NCBI GenBank assembly: GCA_963664305.2
Contig: CAXXLV010000001.1
Coordinates: 43,084 to 107,083, forward strand
DNA length: 64,000 bases
Direction of reading: 5' to 3'
From: an uncultured Aliarcobacter sp.
GTDB lineage: Bacteria; Campylobacterota; Campylobacteria; Campylobacterales; Arcobacteraceae
Notes under the pieces: model-generated
Database searches by the model: none
What the model was told of the DNA's origin: nothing
Seen by the model: only the letters and a program-made list of their open reading frames with translations
Part shown: positions 19,567 to 27,805 of the stretch, one piece after another
Layout of the letters: each line of letters starts with the position of its first letter
Position numbering within the stretch: the first letter of the stretch is position 1
Program-made: the position numbers and the translations under genes

Positions 19567-20898
19567 CTAAATAGCTTTTTCAAAAAAGAGGGAAAAACAA
19601 GCTCCCTCTTTTTTATTTTCAACTAAAATTTTTCCAGAAAAACTCTCTTCTATAATCATTTTTACTAAATAAAGTCCAAGTCCAGTTCCTAGTTCTTTTG
19701 TCGTAAAATATGGTTCAAAAATCTTTTTTATATTTTTTGCTTTTATTCCACCACCATTATCTAAAACTCTTATTTTAACCTCAGCAGAATCACAAAAGAT
19801 ATCTATTTTTATTTTTGGATTTTTTTTATTTTTTAAAACATCTATTGAGTTTGAAACTAAAGAAAAAACAACTTGTGAAAGTTCATTTTTAACTCCAAAA
19901 ATCTGAATATCCTCAAAAGTTTCAAAATTCACTTCTAACTCTATATTATTACTTTTTAAATCTGCACTTAATATAGTTATTGCATTATTTATAGCTTCTT
20001 TTACACTAAATAAAATTTTTTCTTTTGATTCAACATAAAACTCTTTAAAATCATCAATTGTTTTTGATAAAAAAACTACTTGTTCATTTGCTTGATTTAT
20101 TTTTTTATCAAAATAGATTTCATCTAAATTTTTACTTTCAAATCGCTTTTTTAAATTTATTAAAATATATGAAATATTGTTTAATGGTTGTCTAAATTGA
20201 TGGGTAATATTTGCTATCATTTCTCCAGATTTTACAAATTTTGATTGCTGTAAAACCATCTTCTCAAAGTTCTTATTTTGTATTTTCAAATCATTATATT
20301 TATATGCAATTGAAATCGTAAAAAGCATAGCTTCAATTGCAAAAACCACTAAAACTAAATCAAAATATCCCATTTGATTATAAAAATTTTTAAAATCAAA
20401 AAAGAAAAGTAAAATACAAAAAATTGACCAACCAATAACATATATCAATGTTGGTTTAAAACCTTGTTTTAAATTAAAAATAATAGATATAAATAAAATG
20501 GCATAAATAATTGTATAAGGTAAATATTCAAATAAAATATAGTGATAAAAAGCCGTTAAAATTACTACATTTAATAAAAAAGTATTAAATACAAGCTCTT
20601 TAAAATTTGTGATTTTTGGTAAAAAATTTCCTTCATAATAATTTATTGCAAATATAACAGCGAATATAGAAGCTATAACTAAAGAAAACTCTTGGACAAG
20701 AATATTTATTTCAAAAAGTTTACTATATGAGATTATAAAAATCAAAGAAAATATCTGCATAAAACAATAACTAATATAAAATATCTCTTTTGAATATAAA
20801 TATCTAACAAATGTATATACAATTGTCATAATTAATATTCCAAAAGTTATTCCATAAAATAGAACTATATTTATATCAAACATCAATTTTATAACCAC
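19567..20898 (-). CDS. Sensor histidine kinase with a multi-TM (7TM-DISM-like) input domain
   Basis: H-box NITHQFRQPL, N/G boxes DNGGG, FEPYFTTK, GTGLGL; start may be ATG 20883. Confidence 0.92.
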   Translation of the reverse strand: MVIKLMFDINIVLFYGITFGILIMTIVYTFVRYLYSKEIFYISYCFMQIFSLIFIISYSKLFEINILVQEFSLVIASIFAVIFAINYYEGNFLPKITNFKELVFNTFLLNVVILTAFYHYILFEYLPYTIIYAILFISIIFNLKQGFKPTLIYVIGWSIFCILLFFFDFKNFYNQMGYFDLVLVVFAIEAMLFTISIAYKYNDLKIQNKNFEKMVLQQSKFVKSGEMIANITHQFRQPLNNISYILINLKKRFESKNLDEIYFDKKINQANEQVVFLSKTIDDFKEFYVESKEKILFSVKEAINNAITILSADLKSNNIELEVNFETFEDIQIFGVKNELSQVVFSLVSNSIDVLKNKKNPKIKIDIFCDSAEVKIRVLDNGGGIKAKNIKKIFEPYFTTKELGTGLGLYLVKMIIEESFSGKILVENKKEGACFSLFFEKAI

Positions 20899-21556
20899 TG
20901 TTTGTAAGATTTAAAATCAAATCTTTTGGAATTTTTGTTTTTATATTTTTAACTAATGTTTTCAAAGCATCTTTTGTCATAACACTATCCGCCCAAACAT
21001 AGTTTTCAATCTCTTCATAAGTTACATATCTATTTTTGTTTTTTATTAGTAATTCTAAAAATAAAATCTCTTTTGTTCTTAACTTTACTATTTCATTATT
21101 TATTACTAAATTTTTATTAAATGTATCAAAATATATTTCATCATCAATTTGCACAATATTTGAAACATCATCTTTCAATGAATTAACACATAAAAACAAT
21201 GCCTCTTCAAACTCTTTTTCCTTTACAGGTTTTACAAGATATTTTACAAGTTGAAGCTCTATTGCTTTCAATAAATACTCTTTATCACAAAATGCTGTAA
21301 TAACAATAATTTGTGTTTTTTTATCTTTTTGTCTTATTCTTTTTACAAATTCTAAACCATTTAATTTTGGCATTTGAATATCTGTTATTATAATATCTGG
21401 TTTATATTTTTCATAAAGTTGCAAAGCAATTATCGCATCACTTGCTTCATATATAGTTTCAAAAAAGTTTTCTAGATATTCAATCCCGTTTTCTCTTGCG
21501 ATTTCATCATCTTCAACATACAGAATTTTTATATTTTTATTGATATTTTTTAACAT
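20876..21556 (-). CDS. OmpR-family response regulator
   Basis: VEDD, ITDIQMP (phospho-Asp), KP motifs; winged-helix C-terminus. Confidence 0.93.
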   Translation of the reverse strand: MLKNINKNIKILYVEDDEIARENGIEYLENFFETIYEASDAIIALQLYEKYKPDIIITDIQMPKLNGLEFVKRIRQKDKKTQIIVITAFCDKEYLLKAIELQLVKYLVKPVKEKEFEEALFLCVNSLKDDVSNIVQIDDEIYFDTFNKNLVINNEIVKLRTKEILFLELLIKNKNRYVTYEEIENYVWADSVMTKDALKTLVKNIKTKIPKDLILNLTNSGYKIDV

Positions 21557-21597
21557 TTAAAATTATATCTTATATATGATTATGTTAGAATTCCGCC

Positions 21598-22113
21598 ATG
21601 AGAAAATATAATTTTGAAACAAAAGAAGTTATTGTTACAACGACTTTTTCAACACCTTTTGGTGAAATGTTTGCAGCTGCATCTAAAAAAGGAATTGTAA
21701 TACTTTCTTCATTTACACCTTTTCATATTGAAGCAAAAATTGAAGTTTTAAAAAATACATTAAACGCAGATGTAATTCCAGGAAACTGTGAAGCTTTTGA
21801 AATTTTAAAAATTCAATTAAATGAATATTTCAACAAACAACGAAAAACATTTGAAATTCCACTACAACTTGTTGGTTCTCCTTTTCAGATAAAAGTTTGG
21901 AAAGAATTACTAAATATTCCTTATGGAAAAACTATAAGTTGTGATGAAATAGCTAAAAAACTTGAAGATGAAAAGTTATCAAAAGCTGTTTCAAATGCAA
22001 CTTTACAAAATATGATAGATATTTTAGTTCCAAGTTTTAGAGTAATTTTAGATGAAGTTAAATTTTCAATTGATGAAAAAAACAATTTTTTATTAAAGTT
22101 AGAAAAAGAATGA
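21598..22113 (+). CDS. Ogt/alkyltransferase-like protein lacking the catalytic Cys
   Basis: STPFG, QLNEYF, GSPFQIKVWKELLNIPYGKT present, but PCHRV is replaced by PSFRV. Confidence 0.8.
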   Translation: MRKYNFETKEVIVTTTFSTPFGEMFAAASKKGIVILSSFTPFHIEAKIEVLKNTLNADVIPGNCEAFEILKIQLNEYFNKQRKTFEIPLQLVGSPFQIKVWKELLNIPYGKTISCDEIAKKLEDEKLSKAVSNATLQNMIDILVPSFRVILDEVKFSIDEKNNFLLKLEKE

Positions 22114-23519
22114 TAAGCAAAACAATTTTTAGACAATATGATATTCGTGGTATTGTAAATGAGGATTTAACCTATGAAAATGCCAAATTAATTGGTTATT
22201 ATCTAGGATGTCATATAAAAGAAAAAACAAAAACTATGCCATATATTGTTGTTGGTTATGATGTTAGAACTCACTCTCAAATGCTTTTTAATGGATTAAT
22301 TTCTGGAATTAATCTCTCAGGTTGTAAAGTTTTAAATATTGGACTTGTAGCAACTGGAGTAAATTATTTTGCTTCTTTTCAAGAATTTTTAATAGATGAT
22401 AAAAAAATAAAACCTAATGCTTCAATTATGATTACAGGAAGTCATAATGCTAAAAAATATAATGGATTTAAAATCACCATAAACAACGAACCATTTTTTG
22501 GAGATGAACTAATCTCTTTATATGAAGAAATAACAAAAAATCCAAATATACAAATTCCAGACAATTTTGATTTTATAGAACTTGATGCTAAAAATTTATA
22601 TATAGATTTTATGGTTAATCAGTTCTCACACCTAAAAGATTTTAAAATTCCTTTTATTGTTGATTGTGGAAATGGAGTTGCAAATACTGTTTTATGTGAT
22701 ATTTTAGATAAATTAAATCTAAATTATAAAGGAATTCATCTAAATCCAGATGGAGAGTTTCCAAATCATCATCCAGACCCAACAAATGAAAAAAATTTAG
22801 AAGATTTAAAAGCTTTATTGATTGATGATTATAACTTAGGTTTTGCCTATGATGGAGATGCAGATAGAATTGCCGTGTTAACTCAAAAATATAATATAAA
22901 AGGCGATATGTTAGCCCTACTTTTTTCAAAAACTATGAAAAACCCAGTTATTATTGGAGAAGTAACATATTCACAAAATATTTTTGAAGAGTTAAATCAT
23001 GAAGCAAAAACTATTATGAATAAAACTGGTTATTCAAATTTAAGACTAAAACTAAAAGAGTTAAATGCTGATTTAGCAGCTGAAGTTTCAGGACATATAT
23101 TCTTCAATGATAGATATTATGGGTATGATGATGCAATTTATGCAACATTTAGAGTAATAGAACTTTTGTATGAAGGAATAAATCTAGATATTGAATTAGA
23201 TAAACTTCCAAAAGTTTATACAAGTTCAAATATTGAAATAAATGTAAATGAAAAAGATAAATTTTTAATCATAAAAAAAATTGATGAAAAATTAAAAACT
23301 ATTCAAAGAGGTTTTCCAATAATCAAAGATATAGTCAAAATAGATGGTCTTAGAATAAATTTTGAGTATGGTTTTGCTTTGATTCGTGCTTCAAACACAA
23401 ATTCTGTAATAGTTACAAAATATGAAGCTACAAGCTACGCAACAGCTGTTAGTTACAAGGTTGCAGTTGAAAATATTTTAAATGAGGTAATAAATGAAAT
23501 TAATAGCTCTACAAATTAA
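22110..23519 (+). CDS. Phosphomannomutase/phosphoglucomutase family protein
   Basis: IFRQYDIRG, ITGSHN (phospho-Ser), DGDADR metal loop, RASNT. Confidence 0.92.
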   Translation: MISKTIFRQYDIRGIVNEDLTYENAKLIGYYLGCHIKEKTKTMPYIVVGYDVRTHSQMLFNGLISGINLSGCKVLNIGLVATGVNYFASFQEFLIDDKKIKPNASIMITGSHNAKKYNGFKITINNEPFFGDELISLYEEITKNPNIQIPDNFDFIELDAKNLYIDFMVNQFSHLKDFKIPFIVDCGNGVANTVLCDILDKLNLNYKGIHLNPDGEFPNHHPDPTNEKNLEDLKALLIDDYNLGFAYDGDADRIAVLTQKYNIKGDMLALLFSKTMKNPVIIGEVTYSQNIFEELNHEAKTIMNKTGYSNLRLKLKELNADLAAEVSGHIFFNDRYYGYDDAIYATFRVIELLYEGINLDIELDKLPKVYTSSNIEINVNEKDKFLIIKKIDEKLKTIQRGFPIIKDIVKIDGLRINFEYGFALIRASNTNSVIVTKYEATSYATAVSYKVAVENILNEVINEINSSTN

Positions 23520-24216
23520 AACATCAAATAATTTTCAAGAAAATCTTGATAATTTAAAAGAATTAATAAATTCATGTGAAGAAAACTCTTTAATTTTAGC
23601 TCCTGAATTAGCTTTGAGTGGATTTTCTTATGATAGAATGGACGAAGCTTCATCTTTTTCAATAAAAGCTATTGATGAAATAAAATTATTAAGCCATAAT
23701 AAAATTATTTCTTTAACATTTATTACAAAAAAAGATGGGAATTTTTTTAATACGTTATATATATTTCATAATAAAAAAATCATTCATACACAATCAAAAA
23801 TAAAACTTTTTCCTCTTGGAAATGAACTAGAATATTTTAGTTCAGGAAATTTAAATGATTTAAAAATCTTAGAAATCAATGGTATTAAAATAGCAACTTT
23901 AATTTGTTTTGAATTAAGATTTCCAGAATTATGGGAAAAAATAAAAGGTGCTGATATTATATTAAATCCAGCAATGTGGGGATTAAAAAGAAAAGACCAT
24001 TATGAATCTATTTCAAAGGCATTAGCTCTTGTTAATCAATGTTTTGTAATTGCTTGCAACAGTGCAGATGATAACATGGCAAAAGGTAGTGCGATTATAA
24101 GTCCATTTGGAAATGTAATTAAAGATGATTCAAAAATTAAGATTGAAAGTGATTTTGATTTTGAAGAGATAAATAAAGTTAGAAAATATATTGATATTGG
24201 ATTAAATAAAAAGTGA
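23494..24216 (+). CDS. Carbon-nitrogen hydrolase (nitrilase superfamily)
   Basis: Catalytic triad contexts PEL, K(IKLF), ICFELRFPE. Confidence 0.92.
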   Translation: MKLIALQIKTSNNFQENLDNLKELINSCEENSLILAPELALSGFSYDRMDEASSFSIKAIDEIKLLSHNKIISLTFITKKDGNFFNTLYIFHNKKIIHTQSKIKLFPLGNELEYFSSGNLNDLKILEINGIKIATLICFELRFPELWEKIKGADIILNPAMWGLKRKDHYESISKALALVNQCFVIACNSADDNMAKGSAIISPFGNVIKDDSKIKIESDFDFEEINKVRKYIDIGLNKK

Positions 24217-24233
24217 TTAAAAATAGATTAGTA

Positions 24234-24443
24234 TTAATCTACTTTTAATGAATTTCTAATTTCCTCTAAAGGAACACCACTTTTTTTAGCAAGAAGTGCT
24301 AATTTTGTAATTCTTCTAATATGTGAAGGTATTACTTTATATGTTGTAAAAGTTGATGCTTTTACACCTATTTCCTCTGCAAATTTACCTTGAGAAGAGA
24401 ACCCTATCTCTTTAATTATTTTCTTAAATTCTTTTTTTTCCAA
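24234..24443 (-). CDS. Small XRE/Cro-like HTH protein
   Basis: FKKIIKEIGFSSQGKFAEEIGVKASTF pattern, 69 aa, TTG start. Confidence 0.65.
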   Translation of the reverse strand: MEKKEFKKIIKEIGFSSQGKFAEEIGVKASTFTTYKVIPSHIRRITKLALLAKKSGVPLEEIRNSLKVD

Positions 24444-24606
24444 TGTCTACTGTTCTCATAAAATTTTTTTGGAATTATAGTTTGAATAAACTAAATAAAT
24501 TATTAATCAATCCCCAAAAAACAAGCAAAACATAGTAATATTTGACAAATTTTGAATTTTTAGCTACAATTGACCCCTTTAAAAAAGAAAAACAAAGGAG
24601 AAAAAA

Positions 24607-25104
24607 TTGAGATTAAGAGTAATTTTACTTATTCTACTATTCATTTCTAATGTTTTTGCATCAGATTTTGATATTAAAAACTTAACACAACAAGAAATTG
24701 AAACATTAAAAGAAATAAAAAGACAAGGCCAAGAACATGGGCTTAGTTACTCATTGATGGCAATTGCAATTAAAGAGTCAGGACTAGGGAAAGTGATGAT
24801 AAATTTAGATTCAAAAGATTTTGGAATTTATCAAGCTAACATAAAAACTGTAATTAATAGACAAAATGTAAAAGATACTTCATGGAATAGAAATATGTTT
24901 GCAACAAAATTAATTTCAGATTTCCAATTTGCAACAAAAAATGCAATTGATGAATTAGTTTATTGGCAAAAAATCCACAAAAATGATTGGTCAAAAGTTT
25001 GGAGCAGTTATAATGGTGGATGGAAATACAATAGTAAAGAAGCAAAAGAATATTCTCAAGAAATAGCTGCGATTATTAGAGAACTAAGAAAAATAGACGT
25101 TTAA
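24607..25104 (+). CDS. Secreted lytic transglycosylase (SLT-like)
   Basis: Signal peptide, AIAIKESGLG (catalytic Glu), DFGIYQ, SSYNGG motifs. Confidence 0.85.
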   Translation: MRLRVILLILLFISNVFASDFDIKNLTQQEIETLKEIKRQGQEHGLSYSLMAIAIKESGLGKVMINLDSKDFGIYQANIKTVINRQNVKDTSWNRNMFATKLISDFQFATKNAIDELVYWQKIHKNDWSKVWSSYNGGWKYNSKEAKEYSQEIAAIIRELRKIDV

Positions 25105-25110
25105 AAATTT

Positions 25111-25133
25111 TTAACTAGGAATTTCCTAGTTAA
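25111..25133 (+). terminator. Hairpin after the SLT gene
   Basis: 10-bp stem TTAACTAGGA/TCCTAGTTAA. Confidence 0.7.
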
Positions 25134-25185
25134 TCTCTTCCAAATAAAAATCTTTATAAAAAATCAAAAAACTTTTTAATTTAAT

Positions 25186-25253
25186 TGATAATCATTCTTA
25201 ATATTAATAAAAGATTAAGTTTTATTCCAATATTATTTCAATAATGATTATCA
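25186..25253. promoter_or_regulatory. Two Fur boxes around the promoter of the micro-ORF/DUF2325/fldA operon
   Basis: TGATAATCATTCTTA (25186-25200) and CAATAATGATTATCA (25239-25253), two mismatches each; -10-like TATTAT at 25231-25236. Confidence 0.75.
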
Positions 25254-25269
25254 ATATAAAGGATAAAAA

Positions 25270-25329
25270 ATGTTTGAAAATTTTGAAAATAAAAAAGATC
25301 TTGTAAAACCAACTGGTTGTACTTGTTAA
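25270..25329 (+). CDS. Micro-ORF absent from the ORF track, 19 aa: MFENFENKKDLVKPTGCTC
   Basis: AAAGGATAAAAA-ATG RBS directly after the Fur box; stop 13 nt before the DUF2325 start. Confidence 0.6.
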   Translation: MFENFENKKDLVKPTGCTC

Positions 25330-25342
25330 TAAAGGGTTTATA

Positions 25343-25678
25343 ATGAGTATTCTAATTATTGGAGGAGATCAAATCTCTCAAATCTCAACAATGCTTACTG
25401 AACTTGGTGCAAAAACAATAAATCATTGGGATGCTAGAAAAAAATCATCTGCACCCAAAAAGAAAGTACCACAAGATACAGATTGTATAGTAATGCTTAC
25501 ATCTTTTTTGAATCATAACACAATGTTAAAATATAAAAATGAAGCAAAAAAGAAAAATATTCCATTTATCTGTGCAAAAAGATCAATAAATTGTGTTTAT
25601 GATGAATATATAAAAATAATGGGTATAAAAGATTGTAAAGAATGTTATGCAAATTGCGATAAGGAATTAAAATGTTAG
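25343..25678 (+). CDS. DUF2325 family protein with a Cys-rich C-terminus
   Basis: ILIIGGD, DCIVMLTSFLNHN, IPFICAKRS match my recollection of the DUF2325 pattern; tail CKECYANC...C. Confidence 0.8.
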   Translation: MSILIIGGDQISQISTMLTELGAKTINHWDARKKSSAPKKKVPQDTDCIVMLTSFLNHNTMLKYKNEAKKKNIPFICAKRSINCVYDEYIKIMGIKDCKECYANCDKELKC

Positions 25679-26427
25679 AAAATAATTTAATAGGTTTTTC
25701 TCAAGAAAAAGAGTATTTACCAAAGGATTTTGATGAATTTAACTCATTAAATAGATTGAGACAATTGTTTCTAAACTTAAGTAACAATATTTTAAATTCT
25801 TATTGTCATTTTACAAAATATGAACAAAAAGCTTTATCTAATTATGATTTAGAAAAAGCATTTACATATAAAATAAAAAAAATGCAACCATTAAGTTTTA
25901 TAAAAACAAATAGACAAACAAGCAAAAGCTTTAAATTTTGTCTAAATTCAACAAAAATAATTAACAACTATTTTAATACAAACAAAGAATCTATTTTTAT
26001 TTCAAACAGCAAACTTTTACCTTTAGCAAAACTAATTTCAGTATGTTATGTAAATAACAAACTTCAATTATTGATTGATAAACATTTACTATTTCATGAA
26101 TTCGTTTTAAAAAAGATAAAAAAACTTCATAATGATAAAACTGTTATAGATTTAGGTAATGCTATCTGTATCAAATCTGATGATTTTGTAGGACTTAAAA
26201 TCTATACTTCTTGGAAAGATATTGAGGTAAAAAAACCAAATATAAAAGATGAATTGGAAAGTGCAATTAAATCTATAAAAAAAGGCGAATATTTTCAAAT
26301 ATATTTAGCCTATCCAAAAAACAATGAATTTACAAAACAAATACCTGTTTATGTAGATGAGTTAAAAAATAAAGAGTATCAAATAAAAGCTATTCCTTAC
26401 TCTTTAAGATCAATTATAAAAAATTAA
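25672..26427 (+). CDS. Hypothetical protein between DUF2325 and flavodoxin
   Basis: 251-aa ORF overlapping the upstream gene. Confidence 0.8.
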   Translation: MLENNLIGFSQEKEYLPKDFDEFNSLNRLRQLFLNLSNNILNSYCHFTKYEQKALSNYDLEKAFTYKIKKMQPLSFIKTNRQTSKSFKFCLNSTKIINNYFNTNKESIFISNSKLLPLAKLISVCYVNNKLQLLIDKHLLFHEFVLKKIKKLHNDKTVIDLGNAICIKSDDFVGLKIYTSWKDIEVKKPNIKDELESAIKSIKKGEYFQIYLAYPKNNEFTKQIPVYVDELKNKEYQIKAIPYSLRSIIKN

Positions 26428-26451
26428 TACTATTTATTAGGAGAACATAAA

Positions 26452-26949
26452 ATGGCAACAGCAATATTTTTTGCAAGTAGTACAGGAAATTCAGAAGAAA
26501 TAGCAAATAAAATTGCTTCTAAATTAGGAGATATTGAAGTTTTTGATTTAGCTGGAACTAAAATTGATAAAATCAATAACTATGACAAATTAATTCTTGG
26601 GGGCTCAACTTGGGGTGATGGAGAATTAAATGATGATTGGGAAGATGCATGGGGCGATTTTTGTAAATTGGATTTATCAAATAAAACTGTTGCTCTTTTT
26701 GGTTTAGGTGACCAAGAAAGTTATAGTGATGAATTTTGTAGTGCAATGGGAATTATTTATGAACAATTACAATCAAACAATGTAAAAGTTGTTGGTTTCA
26801 CTTCAACAGATGGATATTATCATGATGGTTCAAAAGCTCAAATTGACGGTAATTTTGTTGGATTAGTAATTGATGAAGATAATCAAAGTGATTTAACTGA
26901 TGAAAGAATTGAAAATTGGGTAAATGAAATTAAATCAGAAATTTTATAA
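26452..26949 (+). CDS. fldA: Long-chain flavodoxin
   Basis: ASSTGNSE, GGSTWGDGE, FGLGDQ, FVGLVIDEDNQ motifs. Confidence 0.96.
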   Translation: MATAIFFASSTGNSEEIANKIASKLGDIEVFDLAGTKIDKINNYDKLILGGSTWGDGELNDDWEDAWGDFCKLDLSNKTVALFGLGDQESYSDEFCSAMGIIYEQLQSNNVKVVGFTSTDGYYHDGSKAQIDGNFVGLVIDEDNQSDLTDERIENWVNEIKSEIL

Positions 26950-26985
26950 TTAAAAATAGTATATTAAGAAATTCTTAATATACTA

Positions 26986-27435
26986 CTAATCTTGACAACT
27001 TTCGCAAGTTCCATATAATTGCATAGAGTGACTTGTTATTTTAAATTTATTTTTTTTAGCAATTTTGTCTTGTCTTTTTTCAATTTCATCATCAATAAAT
27101 TCTATAATTTTGCCACAACTTGTACATATTAAATGGTCATGATGAGATTTTGAATTACTTTCGTATTTTTTTCCATCTGTTCCAAAAGTAATTGAAGTAA
27201 TTAAATCTACTTCTTCTAAAAAACTAAGAGCTCTATATACAGTTGCAATTCCAATGTTTGACTCTTTATAATCTTTTTTTATTTGATTATAAATTTCTTC
27301 AGCAGTTAAATGTTCTTTTGCATGTAATAAAATATTTAAAACGATCTCTCTTTGCTCAGTATATTTAAGACCTTTTTGCTTTACTATTTTTTTTAATTCA
27401 TCAATTATTTCTTCATTATTGTTTTCAGTTAACAT
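26986..27435 (-). CDS. fur: Ferric uptake regulator
   Basis: KYTEQREIVL, HLTAEEIY, IGIATVYRAL, HHDHLICTSC, LYGTCESC. Start reassigned to ATG 27435 (149 aa). Confidence 0.92.
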   Translation of the reverse strand: MLTENNNEEIIDELKKIVKQKGLKYTEQREIVLNILLHAKEHLTAEEIYNQIKKDYKESNIGIATVYRALSFLEEVDLITSITFGTDGKKYESNSKSHHDHLICTSCGKIIEFIDDEIEKRQDKIAKKNKFKITSHSMQLYGTCESCQD

Positions 27436-27543
27436 TAAAATCACCCTTAAAAAATTATAACTTTTTAGTATATCTAAAACTTCCCCTAAATTACAAATCA
27501 GTTTATTGATAGTAATCAACTATAAGAAAGGGTAATTATATTA

Positions 27544-27558
27544 TAATAATCATTATTA
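27544..27558. promoter_or_regulatory. Fur box in the fur/feoA divergent intergenic region
   Basis: TAATAATCATTATTA, a perfect 7-1-7 palindrome, two mismatches to consensus. Confidence 0.7.
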
Positions 27559-27577
27559 ATCCTATCTGAGAAAAAAA

Positions 27578-27805
27578 ATGACTTTAAATGAATTAAAATT
27601 GAATGAAAGTGCTCAAATTGTTGCAATAAATTGTGACAATATTTTAAAAAATAGACTTTACTCTTTTGGTATAGTAAAAGGTTCAATTGTAACAATCGAA
27701 GGTTTAACTCTTACAAAAAGTACAATCGAAATAAAAGTTAATCAATCTAAAATCGCATTAAGACTAAGTGAAGCTTCAAAAATTGAGGTTGAATATGCAA
27801 GATAA
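27578..27805 (+). CDS. feoA: Ferrous iron transport protein A
   Basis: 75 aa; RLYSFGI...IALRLSEA SH3-like pattern; directly before feoB. Confidence 0.93.
   Translation: MTLNELKLNESAQIVAINCDNILKNRLYSFGIVKGSIVTIEGLTLTKSTIEIKVNQSKIALRLSEASKIEVEYAR

Noticed and set aside
27436-27519. 28-aa N-terminal extension of Fur in the ORF track (similar extensions for feoB, the tautomerase, DUF2132 and the HTH at 13627)
   Set aside because: Longest-ORF artefacts; internal starts give normal family lengths and mostly have better RBS or promoter context
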